Shown: positions 56,266-64,000 of the stretch, piece after piece | How positions within the stretch are numbered: the stretch's first letter is position 1 | How the letters are laid out: every line of letters starts with the position of its first letter | IMG/VR virus record: IMGVR_UViG_3300028886_000045 | From: a virus | Taxonomy: Duplodnaviria; Caudoviricetes | DNA: 64,000 bases | Reading direction: 5' to 3' (one strand) | Translations under genes and position numbers: made by a program | The notes under the pieces: generated by a model | Seen by the model: the letters and a program-made list of their open reading frames with translations, nothing else | What the model was told of the DNA's origin: nothing | Databases searched by the model: none

Positions 56266-56630
56266 TTTTAGATTCGTTGTTTCTTTCTTATTACAATGCA
56301 AAGGTACAACAATTATTTGATATATGCAAATTTTTTACCAACTTTTTTCAATATTTTTTCATTTTTCTTGATTTTGCCATCCCTACATGGCAAAAATGCT
56401 ACATATATATCACTTTGTTGTACTTCTGTGCACACTTCGCTTGTACGTTATTGCAATGCTGAAACGTATTATATAAGGTGTAACTATCATGTGTAGCCTC
56501 AACGAATGCACAAACCTCCCTTAAAGAATGCGTCTGAAACACCGTTTTGAATATGCTTTGCACTTGATACAAGTTACCAATGTGTCTTAACTTCAACCCC
56601 TTTTTCCTAAGTAGGGAATATAATCTTTCC

Positions 56631-56954
56631 TTATCCATTCTTCTTTTTCTTTCGTTGTTCTATATCGTTTTCAAAGACGCGAACAAAATCCCCATAAGGA
56701 TGATTTGTGTTTCCTGTCCAATAACGCCTCCAAGTGCGTTGATATGCCTTGCGTAACTTTTCATCCGTAGCGTGTTGGTAACAATGCTCACAGACACAGA
56801 AACACCCCTCGTACCTATCCAACTGCACCGTATGGTTTTCTGCGTATTTCCAAGGCAATCCACAGATTTCGCAATAACTCCACGATGGGTTTAGTATTCT
56901 AAGCACCAAGGGAACACCCCAAATCCTTTTTAGCCTTTCTTTGCTTATTTTCAT
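56631..56954 (-). CDS. Hypothetical zinc-finger protein
   Basis: CEICG..C.HC motifs. Confidence 0.65.
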   Translation of the reverse strand: MKISKERLKRIWGVPLVLRILNPSWSYCEICGLPWKYAENHTVQLDRYEGCFCVCEHCYQHATDEKLRKAYQRTWRRYWTGNTNHPYGDFVRVFENDIEQRKKKKNG

Positions 56955-56959
56955 TCGAT

Positions 56960-57355
56960 TTAATCTTTACAATGTCCTAACACTTCCACCTTAATATCCC
57001 AATTCTCCGTGTTTAGTTTTGGTACATCACAGAAAAAATAAGTCTGCTTTCCCCTTGTACCATCCTTCTTCATCTTCCACATATACGGATAGAAATTTTC
57101 ATCTTGGATTTCTATTCTTTCGTATATACCGATTACTTCCTCTTTTATGTCCTTTGAGATATGATGCGTGATAAATCTTACTATGTCACCTTTCCTTATA
57201 CCCAACTCCTTTTCAATCAAGGGGAATGTTATCTCCTTTAGGAATGCTTTCGCTTCCCTTTCTGCTTTTCGCGCTTCTTTTTCAAGTTCACGCGCCCTTT
57301 CGTGCCATTTGCGATAAGCATTATAGCCTTTATAGTTTTCTATATCCAACTTCAT
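56960..57355 (-). CDS. Paralog family member (coiled coil + GIxKGDI..KKDG..EVLGH)
   Basis: Shared motifs with the next two genes. Confidence 0.75.
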   Translation of the reverse strand: MKLDIENYKGYNAYRKWHERARELEKEARKAEREAKAFLKEITFPLIEKELGIRKGDIVRFITHHISKDIKEEVIGIYERIEIQDENFYPYMWKMKKDGTRGKQTYFFCDVPKLNTENWDIKVEVLGHCKD

Positions 57356-57358
57356 TTC

Positions 57359-57433
57359 CTACTTGCTTTTAATATTCGTGTTCAGTTTTACCCCCAACAC
57401 TTCCACCTTGAAATCATCTGCATTAAGATACAA
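57359..57433 (-). pseudogene. C-terminal relic of the same paralog family
   Basis: Reads LYLNADDFKVEVLGVK, versus FLNSDDFKVEVLGH in 57873-58310. Confidence 0.65.
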
Positions 57434-57452
57434 CTAAAGGGGATAACCCCCT

Positions 57453-57863
57453 TTAGTCTTCTATGTGTCCTAAGATTTCCACCTCATAGTCGTAATCCAT
57501 TTGGTTGTATGGATTGATGCAAGGCGTTTTCCACATTGACTCGTATATCTTACCCTTACTACCGTCTTTCTTCAACTTGAAAAGGCGTGGGTAAATAGTG
57601 CCGTATTCGATTTCCATCTTATCATAAACGCCTTCGACTTGATTAATTAGACTATTCTTGCTTTTGCCGTTCTTTGAAGAAATGCGGATAATATCACCCT
57701 TCTTGATACCTAACACGCTTTCCAACTTTGGGAAAAGCACATTTTCATAGAGGCTATTTTTCTCCTCGTTAAGCCTTTTAATCTTTTCCTTGTGGGCTTC
57801 GATTACCTCTATACACTCGTTGATTCGCTCGTATTCAGCGTATTCTTTATAAGGTATTTTCAT
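57453..57863 (-). CDS. Paralog family member
   Basis: LGIKKGDII..KLKKDGSKGK..EVEILGH. Confidence 0.75.
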   Translation of the reverse strand: MKIPYKEYAEYERINECIEVIEAHKEKIKRLNEEKNSLYENVLFPKLESVLGIKKGDIIRISSKNGKSKNSLINQVEGVYDKMEIEYGTIYPRLFKLKKDGSKGKIYESMWKTPCINPYNQMDYDYEVEILGHIED

Positions 57864-57872
57864 AACTTGTAT

Positions 57873-58310
57873 TTATTTAGAATTATAATGTTTATCAAAT
57901 TCTTTCATATGTCCTAACACTTCCACTTTGAAATCGTCAGAATTAAGAAATGGCAAATGCCATTGTGCAAAACTTTTTTTCAGTACCTCGCCCTTGTTTC
58001 CTATCGGATGGACGGTAGGGCAATACACCTTATAGAATCTATCATAGAAAACAGAAATGAACACGCCTTTTTTTTCTATCATTTGCCCATCTCTTCTAAC
58101 AAAAGAAAATTTCACTATATCACCTACTTTTAGGTTTAGTTTCGTTTCGATTTCATCTGCTATCACCTCGGCTTTGATTCTTTCTGCTTCTATTAGCCTT
58201 TCTTCTGCCTTTCTTCGCATTTCCATCGCTTGCTCTTGCAGTCTTTCGGCTTCTTTTTCCGTGTCACAAAGTGTTTTGTAACCCTTCAATTCTTGCACAT
58301 TTATCTTCAT
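57873..58310 (-). CDS. Paralog family member
   Basis: LKVGDIV..KVEVLGH. Confidence 0.75.
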   Translation of the reverse strand: MKINVQELKGYKTLCDTEKEAERLQEQAMEMRRKAEERLIEAERIKAEVIADEIETKLNLKVGDIVKFSFVRRDGQMIEKKGVFISVFYDRFYKVYCPTVHPIGNKGEVLKKSFAQWHLPFLNSDDFKVEVLGHMKEFDKHYNSK

Positions 58311-58373
58311 AGTGTTTACGTTTTTGTCAATTACACTAAACTACACTTAAAAGGTTTGTTCTATGTGGGGATT

Positions 58374-58697
58374 TTACTCCCCACGCATTGTTTCAAAGAA
58401 CTTTTCAAATTCTTCTATATCGTAATGCTTTACGCACCTTAAAGTCCCCCTATCCAACTCGTCCATCATTTCAGACAATTCAAAAGAAGAAACCTCGATT
58501 TCCTTTAGCCTTACTTCGTTTGTTACATCCCATGAACCATCGAAATAAAAGATTGACTTTGCACTCTTTTCGCTTGTAGCAAGGTATTCTAAGGCAAATC
58601 TGCGCCTATGTACTGCCTCCTTTCTAAGTCTGTCATATACCGTGACCCAACTCTTCAAGTAAACCGCCCATACCTTGAATTTCTTTTCCTTTACCAT
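58374..58697 (-). CDS. Hypothetical protein
   Basis: 107-aa ORF behind pseudoknot copy 11. Confidence 0.7.
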   Translation of the reverse strand: MVKEKKFKVWAVYLKSWVTVYDRLRKEAVHRRRFALEYLATSEKSAKSIFYFDGSWDVTNEVRLKEIEVSSFELSEMMDELDRGTLRCVKHYDIEEFEKFFETMRGE

Positions 58698-58705
58698 AAT
58701 ACTAT

Positions 58706-58731
58706 GACCTTTTTATTCACTTGGTCGTGTG
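58706..58731 (-). ncRNA. 5'-leader pseudoknot, copy 11
   Basis: CAC AC GACC AA GUG AAUAAAAA GGUC; AUG at 58697; -7 box at 58765-58772. Confidence 0.8.
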
Positions 58732-58811
58732 TTCTAAAGTTTGTTTATTCTCTTAATTACAATGCAAAGGTACGAATATTTCTTGAAACTACCAAATATT
58801 TTAACACTTTT

Positions 58812-59633
58812 TTAGAATAAACTTAATTGTGTGTACTTTGGAGTTTTCTTCTCCTTTGGTACAGAAGGCTTCTTTGCTTCTGCCTTTGACTTGCTTTCTG
58901 CCTTTTCCTTTTCTGCAATCGCCTTTTTCTGATTCCAAATACGACAAGTCAGAAACGTATTAGGCTCGCCACATTTGCGTATGCTTGGAACATTCGTAGG
59001 GAATGGGTACATTGTTTCGTTTATGATATAGCCTAATCGCATATCGTTTGGCTCTATAAGCGTATCATGGCACACCACCTCGCCAAACCATCCATGCACG
59101 GCTATATTGATTGCAGTCATTTTGCAACACATAGCATCCAAGTCCTCACCTACAATATAGGGTTTCCGTTCTGTGAACTTCGCCACCCTTGACGCACCTG
59201 CCAACAGACACCGTCCGCTACCACACGCACAATCATTTATTGTTACACGCTCACCGAACTTTGTACGCACACCCTTATCCTTTACGCTTTCTGCGTCAAT
59301 CGTCATTTCTGCCATCATTTCACAGATATTGCTTGGCGTGAAGAACTGTCCCTTTCCGTCACCGCTTGTTATAAGCGACATATACAAGTCCCCCCACAAA
59401 TCGCACCAATCATGGCTTTTTATTTCTTCTGATAGTTCGGTAAAGTACTCCGCCATCATTTCGTGGAACTTTGCGTTATCTTCTTTCGTGTACTGCCATC
59501 CATCTATCTTTCCCCCCATTGGGTCGAAGAAACCGATTATGTACGAAAGTAAGTCATCAAGCACGGTGAGTTTGCTTCTGCCCTTGCTATGTGCGAAATT
59601 GTCTATTAGAATTTTAAGTTTTTGCTGTGCCAT
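58812..59633 (-). CDS. N6-adenine DNA methyltransferase-like protein (HsdM-like, no NPPY/F)
   Basis: GQFFTP, DCACGSGR and EDLD..C.KM..IN motifs; likely start MAQQKL. Confidence 0.8.
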   Translation of the reverse strand: MAQQKLKILIDNFAHSKGRSKLTVLDDLLSYIIGFFDPMGGKIDGWQYTKEDNAKFHEMMAEYFTELSEEIKSHDWCDLWGDLYMSLITSGDGKGQFFTPSNICEMMAEMTIDAESVKDKGVRTKFGERVTINDCACGSGRCLLAGASRVAKFTERKPYIVGEDLDAMCCKMTAINIAVHGWFGEVVCHDTLIEPNDMRLGYIINETMYPFPTNVPSIRKCGEPNTFLTCRIWNQKKAIAEKEKAESKSKAEAKKPSVPKEKKTPKYTQLSLF

Positions 59634-59857
59634 TTTATATTTGTTGTCTGTTGTTTTCAAAACTATCACAACTACCCCATAAATCCGTAGGGGTGTTGCT
59701 TTTCGCACACAAACCTATGGATTTTACACGATGTTGGCAGTTATAACATATATCCGCTTTCATGTATTTACATTTCGTGGAATCCATGCTTTTGTAGCAT
59801 CTTTCACACGATATGTTTTTCACTATGCCGTAATGTCTGCAAAATATCATTCAGTTT

Positions 59858-60454
59858 TCATTTTAACAACGATGTTTCAACTTGGTACTCTGCCAACTTC
59901 TTCTTCATTCCCCATATACGCATACCAAGCAAACGTAGGATTTTCAATTCTTCTTCTGTGCTTACCTTGTAGTCGTTCATCTTCTGTGCAACTACATTCA
60001 TACAACACACCCCCACGCGCTTAGTAATCATCTTTGTTTCTTCTGTGCTTGCATATATGATAAGTCCGCATCTGTGTGGGTTGTTGTCTGTGTACCCCTC
60101 GACCTCCGAATGCGAATACATAACATGGGAACGACAATCATATCTGCCTTTATACAGAAAGTTAAACACACGCTCGCCTATCGAATAAGGCACGGCATAG
60201 TACAAATATCCTAACTTTGGGTCATTATGCGTGTGTGCTTTCTTAAAGTCTGCCAAAAAGTCCGACCAAGAGCGTTTTATCTCAACCTCAATAAGCCGTT
60301 TCGCCTTTGTCAGTACGAGCAAATCGGCTTCGTGATTCAAGAAACCCCAATTACAATTTGGTACGACTATGTTTCTGCCAATATAGTAAGGCGAATCGTT
60401 GTACCCCGTTATGATAGTTTCTATTTGTGCAAGCGTTAATGCAGTTTCCTTCAT
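59858..60454 (-). CDS. PD-(D/E)xK nuclease-fold protein (MmcB-like)
   Basis: EADLLVL..EVEIKRS.SDFLADFKK. Confidence 0.75.
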   Translation of the reverse strand: MKETALTLAQIETIITGYNDSPYYIGRNIVVPNCNWGFLNHEADLLVLTKAKRLIEVEIKRSWSDFLADFKKAHTHNDPKLGYLYYAVPYSIGERVFNFLYKGRYDCRSHVMYSHSEVEGYTDNNPHRCGLIIYASTEETKMITKRVGVCCMNVVAQKMNDYKVSTEEELKILRLLGMRIWGMKKKLAEYQVETSLLK

Positions 60455-60864
60455 CTTTCCTCTGTTTTGAAATTGTCTGCCAAATCATTCAATCTGCACA
60501 ATCTCAAAGCGTGTTGCAGTTCGTGAACGTATCTGATAGTTAAATGATATATGCAACATTGTAATGTGTAACCCTCAGAGGTAAACACACCGCCATTTTC
60601 CAACTTGAAATCATAATGATGTGGCTTATCGTCTATCCTATGATAAAGAAAACCATTACGCAATTCAAACCCATTCCTTTCAAGGATTTCGAGGGTTAGT
60701 GTGATAGGCTCAACATCATCAACGGCAATATTCTTTTCGCTACAATAGCCATCGGGTTCGTTGTTAATGACATTTCTATCGCCATCAATCTCGAATACCC
60801 CAACTATCTCATTGGTTCGCTTTAAGCGTACATAATCCCCTATTTGTAATTCTGAACATTTCAT
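60451..60864 (-). CDS. Hypothetical protein, family of 39083/39452
   Basis: QIGD..LERNGF..VHELQHALRLC..DLADNFK. Confidence 0.75.
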   Translation of the reverse strand: MKCSELQIGDYVRLKRTNEIVGVFEIDGDRNVINNEPDGYCSEKNIAVDDVEPITLTLEILERNGFELRNGFLYHRIDDKPHHYDFKLENGGVFTSEGYTLQCCIYHLTIRYVHELQHALRLCRLNDLADNFKTEER

Positions 60865-61559
60865 ATTAAATTTCTTTTTTTAGATTTATGGTGAATATCC
60901 CAAATAGCCCTTTGCTATCAGCAACCATTTTCAGCAATCTACCCCAAACATCATTAGGGAATATATCTTTTCTGTGCTCATAAAGATATATCATTTCTTT
61001 TTTGCCTATCTTGCTTTTTAGCCTAACATTCTTTCTGCCTTTTTTTATTTGGCTAAAATATTTGTTTGCTATTCTTTTTTTCATGATTCTGCCCTTTATG
61101 TTTTGTTATCTGTTGCACTTTCAGCCTTGCCCCATATCCATATCTTACGAAACAGACATAGGGAAAAAGGCTAAATATCACGCTTCGAGTTTTTCACCCA
61201 TTAGCAACTCCCAACAATCCTTGAAGCCATCAATATAGCATTGTGCCATAGCACGCGCCATTGATTCAGCCTTTGGCGTAACATTCTTAATGCCCCCTTG
61301 TAGGATATTTGCGACACGCGCCCTTGCAGTTTCTTTGTCTAACATAGCCACTAAGTTTATAACATACCCTCCAAGTCATCCCATGCTATTGAGCGACCTT
61401 TCCTTATGCGTGTTTCCACATACTTCCTTACCTTTCTTGGTAGTGTTGCTAACTCATCACCGTTGGTTATCACTTTTCCCTCACCATCAGTCTTGTAAGG
61501 CTGTTTCTTCCACGCTTCCATTTGCTTTGTAAAATTATCCATAATTTCCCTATTTGGGT

Positions 61560-62003
61560 TTATTTGACAACTTCCACCTTAACCCTACGCATCCAAGCCT
61601 CGACCTCTTCCCTATCGAAATAGATAAATTTGCCCATTGGCTTGTAGTGCGGTATTCGTCTTTCGTAAGTAAGTTTATAAAGATACGCCTTACTCATACC
61701 CAATAGCAAAGCCGTTTCATCCAAGGTAATCATTTTCTTGCTATAAATCACCTTTAGACGCTCTGCCTCGGACACATTAGCGGTATCTTCACTTTCCCCT
61801 TGTAAGATTTCCTTTTTGCGGTTTTCCGTGTCTTGGTCTTTATCCACAAACTCGGACATATCCACACACTCCTTTTCGTTTCCGCAAATGTGAATCCCAC
61901 TCGTATTTTTTACACAGAATGCACAATTAAGGCAAACGCTTCTTGGCACTACAATTTCTTTCATATTCTTATCTTTAATCATTCTCGGAATAATCCGATA
62001 CAT
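61560..62003 (-). CDS. Excisionase-like HTH_17 DNA-binding protein
   Basis: TLDETALLLGMSKAYLYKLT..IPHYKP.GK..YFDREE. Confidence 0.8.
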   Translation of the reverse strand: MYRIIPRMIKDKNMKEIVVPRSVCLNCAFCVKNTSGIHICGNEKECVDMSEFVDKDQDTENRKKEILQGESEDTANVSEAERLKVIYSKKMITLDETALLLGMSKAYLYKLTYERRIPHYKPMGKFIYFDREEVEAWMRRVKVEVVK

Positions 62004-62514
62004 TTAGCACAAAATCCTTGACATCCATATAGTCTATGCCAAAGTTCTCGGCTGTTTTCTTATCACTATCGGAAAACTGCCCTTCCAAACCGCTTGCATC
62101 GCCTATCATAAGCATTTTCTTCTTTAGGTCTGACACCTTTTCATTGAAGAAATACTCACGGCTGAAACTTTCCAACATTCCCACATTGGGTTTTCTGTCC
62201 ATGTTGCTTTTGTCATTCGACTTGCAATATTTGAACGTACACTCGCATCCGCAATATTCAGCAAGCGCACGGCATACATAAGCCATTTTACCCTTGACAA
62301 AGTTTTCCTCATTGACAAAACCCTTTTCAATTCCACCTTGGTTTGTCACTATACATACTATCTGTGGTTGCAATTTCTTAATCGCATCCCACACATACAA
62401 CTTTAGCGACATATCCCAAATACCCCTTGGAAATGGTGAGGTGACACTATTGTTTGTGTCTATCAACGTACCATCCAAATCGGCAAAAATGATTTTCTTA
62501 CTACACTTTTCCAT
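61975..62514 (-). CDS. HAD-IIIA phosphatase (polynucleotide 3'-phosphatase-like)
   Basis: DLDGTLI, TNQGG, RKP..GM and GDASG..FSDSD motifs. Confidence 0.85.
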   Translation of the reverse strand: MEKCSKKIIFADLDGTLIDTNNSVTSPFPRGIWDMSLKLYVWDAIKKLQPQIVCIVTNQGGIEKGFVNEENFVKGKMAYVCRALAEYCGCECTFKYCKSNDKSNMDRKPNVGMLESFSREYFFNEKVSDLKKKMLMIGDASGLEGQFSDSDKKTAENFGIDYMDVKDFVLNVSDYSEND

Positions 62515-62536
62515 TGTTTTTATTTATTTTCAAGCC

Positions 62537-62896
62537 TTACTTTCGATAATATTGCCTTATAAGCCATGCACACAAATAACCACATACATTATGATTTGTG
62601 TCATTAATCTCACACCTTTCCACCGCCTTTATTGCAACATGGAGCATTTCGTCTATCACGGTTTCGTATTTATCGTGACCCTCACGGATAAAGACCAACT
62701 CCGCGCCACTATCAAGCGCATAAGTCACACTATTGCAATCTGCGTTCTTAATATCCGCAACAATCGCGTTTCTTTCGTCTTCTGTTATACACACTTTGTT
62801 GTTCTGATAGAACTCGGCAAAGTCCTTTTCTTCTGCACCAATAAGTATATAGACATCAGAAAGAAATATGTCAATCGGTATAATTTTTATCTGCAT
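62537..62896 (-). CDS. Hypothetical protein
   Basis: 119 aa; degenerate HExxH-like DEMLH. Confidence 0.65.
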   Translation of the reverse strand: MQIKIIPIDIFLSDVYILIGAEEKDFAEFYQNNKVCITEDERNAIVADIKNADCNSVTYALDSGAELVFIREGHDKYETVIDEMLHVAIKAVERCEINDTNHNVCGYLCAWLIRQYYRK

Positions 62897-62899
62897 ACG

Positions 62900-63259
62900 C
62901 TAACTATCCTCATAATTATCTAAATCACCCAATCCCTTTTTAAGTCTTTCGTGAAACTCCGCTTCACCATCATCAGCCTCCAAAAGATAATCTATTCTTT
63001 CGGCATAGACATAAGCCTTTTTAAGCATTTCCACACCTTTCCGCATTTCTTCAATCGTTTCCTTTGAATAACCATACTCGTTAGGTGGCGTATGCTTGTG
63101 CGCCTTTACATAAGCCTTATAATCGTCTCCGTACCAATCCGATGATAAAACCTCACTTACTTCTTCTTCGTTCAGTTCTTCACCGTCTATGTATCGGTTT
63201 ATCTTTTCAACGATATAAGGTATTCGCCTTTGGCTATAATCAAAACAACCCCCACTCAT
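62900..63259 (-). CDS. Conserved phage hypothetical protein
   Basis: MSGG.FDY.Q..RIDYLL..DDGE..F..RL. Confidence 0.75.
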   Translation of the reverse strand: MSGGCFDYSQRRIPYIVEKINRYIDGEELNEEEVSEVLSSDWYGDDYKAYVKAHKHTPPNEYGYSKETIEEMRKGVEMLKKAYVYAERIDYLLEADDGEAEFHERLKKGLGDLDNYEDS

Positions 63260-63262
63260 AGT

Positions 63263-63589
63263 TTATGCGATTCTTTCCCCTATACTGATAACAAAATATC
63301 TTTCCCCTACTTCCGCGCCCCAATAAGGACTTCCGTAACCCAACTTTATACCTTTACATTTATACTGCATGGTACGCTTGGTATAGCCATAGACAAACGT
63401 AACAGTGTCAAAATTCTTGATATAATCATCCATTTTGATACTGCTATCCTTTCGTTTATCGGCTTCATACCTTGCATAGTCAATAAGCCTTTTTATCCAA
63501 TATTCTTTTATCACGCGGTATTCTTCGTTTTTGATACGACACTCAATCATTTCGTACCACCGCTTTTTTAAGTTCAGTCTTAAATCCAT
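63263..63589 (-). CDS. ASCH domain protein
   Basis: L.L.LKK.WYEMI....K.EEYR..K.YW..RL and F..GY motifs; promoter TAACTTTG at 63613-63620. Confidence 0.75.
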   Translation of the reverse strand: MDLRLNLKKRWYEMIECRIKNEEYRVIKEYWIKRLIDYARYEADKRKDSSIKMDDYIKNFDTVTFVYGYTKRTMQYKCKGIKLGYGSPYWGAEVGERYFVISIGERIA

Positions 63590-63696
63590 ATTTTTTGATG
63601 TTTATATGGTTGCAAAGTTAGTAAAAAAATTGCAGATTACCAACTTTTCTACTAACTTTTTTGGTATTATTTTACTTTTTTATACTTTCAGCCCCT

Positions 63697-64000
63697 TTAA
63701 TAAGGCAATTCCCTACGTTTGGGTATCTCATACATACCCTTTGGCGCAACCAAAGCGACTCCTTGACCTATCAAGTCGTTATAGTCAATATAATGCGCAT
63801 TGCACCATTGTATCAACTTGTAGCATTTCCAATCCCTCAACTTATCGCGTATATCCATTTTCAAGTCTTCGTACTCCTCGCTTTCCTCTTGTGTCATATC
63901 CGACAAAGGACGCAAATACGGCTTGACATTCGCGATTTCTTCTACCATAAACCCTTCTATACCATCTACATACAAAGACGATTCCAAGCCTTTGTAGTGA
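63697..64000 (-). CDS. Hypothetical protein (5' end probably outside window)
   Basis: KPYLRPLSDMT.EE..H.IDY..LI..G.AL.AP.GMY. Confidence 0.7.
   Translation of the reverse strand, partial: HYKGLESSLYVDGIEGFMVEEIANVKPYLRPLSDMTQEESEEYEDLKMDIRDKLRDWKCYKLIQWCNAHYIDYNDLIGQGVALVAPKGMYEIPKRRELPY

Noticed and set aside
15575-58731. Pseudoknot as a preQ1-I riboswitch or type III antitoxin
   Set aside because: Stem 1 is only 3 bp, the preQ1-binding loop consensus is absent, and downstream genes are unrelated to queuosine. Copies are dispersed rather than tandem and no ToxN-like gene is seen. Only the A-rich loop is similar.
15575-58810. Dispersed ~110-bp repeats read as a CRISPR array, integron attC sites or IS ends
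   Set aside because: They are not tandem with uniform spacers, there is no cas, integrase or transposase gene, and there are no terminal inverted repeats. They are fully explained as promoter plus leader.
454-63926. Most plus-strand ORFs in the track
   Set aside because: They are antisense shadows of minus-strand genes with no promoter or motif. Only 28432-28839 is supported.

Overview
Part of a large tailed (siphovirus-like) phage genome of a Bacteroidales host, inferred from the TTTG/TAnnTTTG promoter consensus, the lack of Shine-Dalgarno motifs and Bacteroidales-type genes. It uses the standard genetic code and almost every gene is on the minus strand. The window holds tail-tip/fibre genes (1-14700), distal tail and tape-measure genes (17462-25280), a head/neck/tail operon with a -1 frameshifted chaperone (28952-34305), a lysis trio (35053-36662), many small accessory genes, a second fibre/adhesin + glycosyltransferase module (50490-55045) and two tRNAs. 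No terminase, portal, integrase or polymerase is in the window. The most striking signal is a non-coding regulatory layer with three parts. (1) Eleven accessory transcripts start from a full host-type promoter and carry a 26-nt H-type RNA pseudoknot of identical geometry, with compensatory changes in both stems, ending 8-10 nt before the AUG. (2) Eight mainly structural/lysis operons use a second promoter class with a TTCA-N12/13-TGAA palindrome at a fixed 43-44 bp offset from the -7 box. (3) An ~90-nt plus-strand small RNA has a single-stranded linker complementary to the start regions of five minus-strand genes. An HTH-RNA polymerase alpha-CTD fusion protein is a candidate regulator. All protein family calls come from motif recognition by eye, not from database searches.
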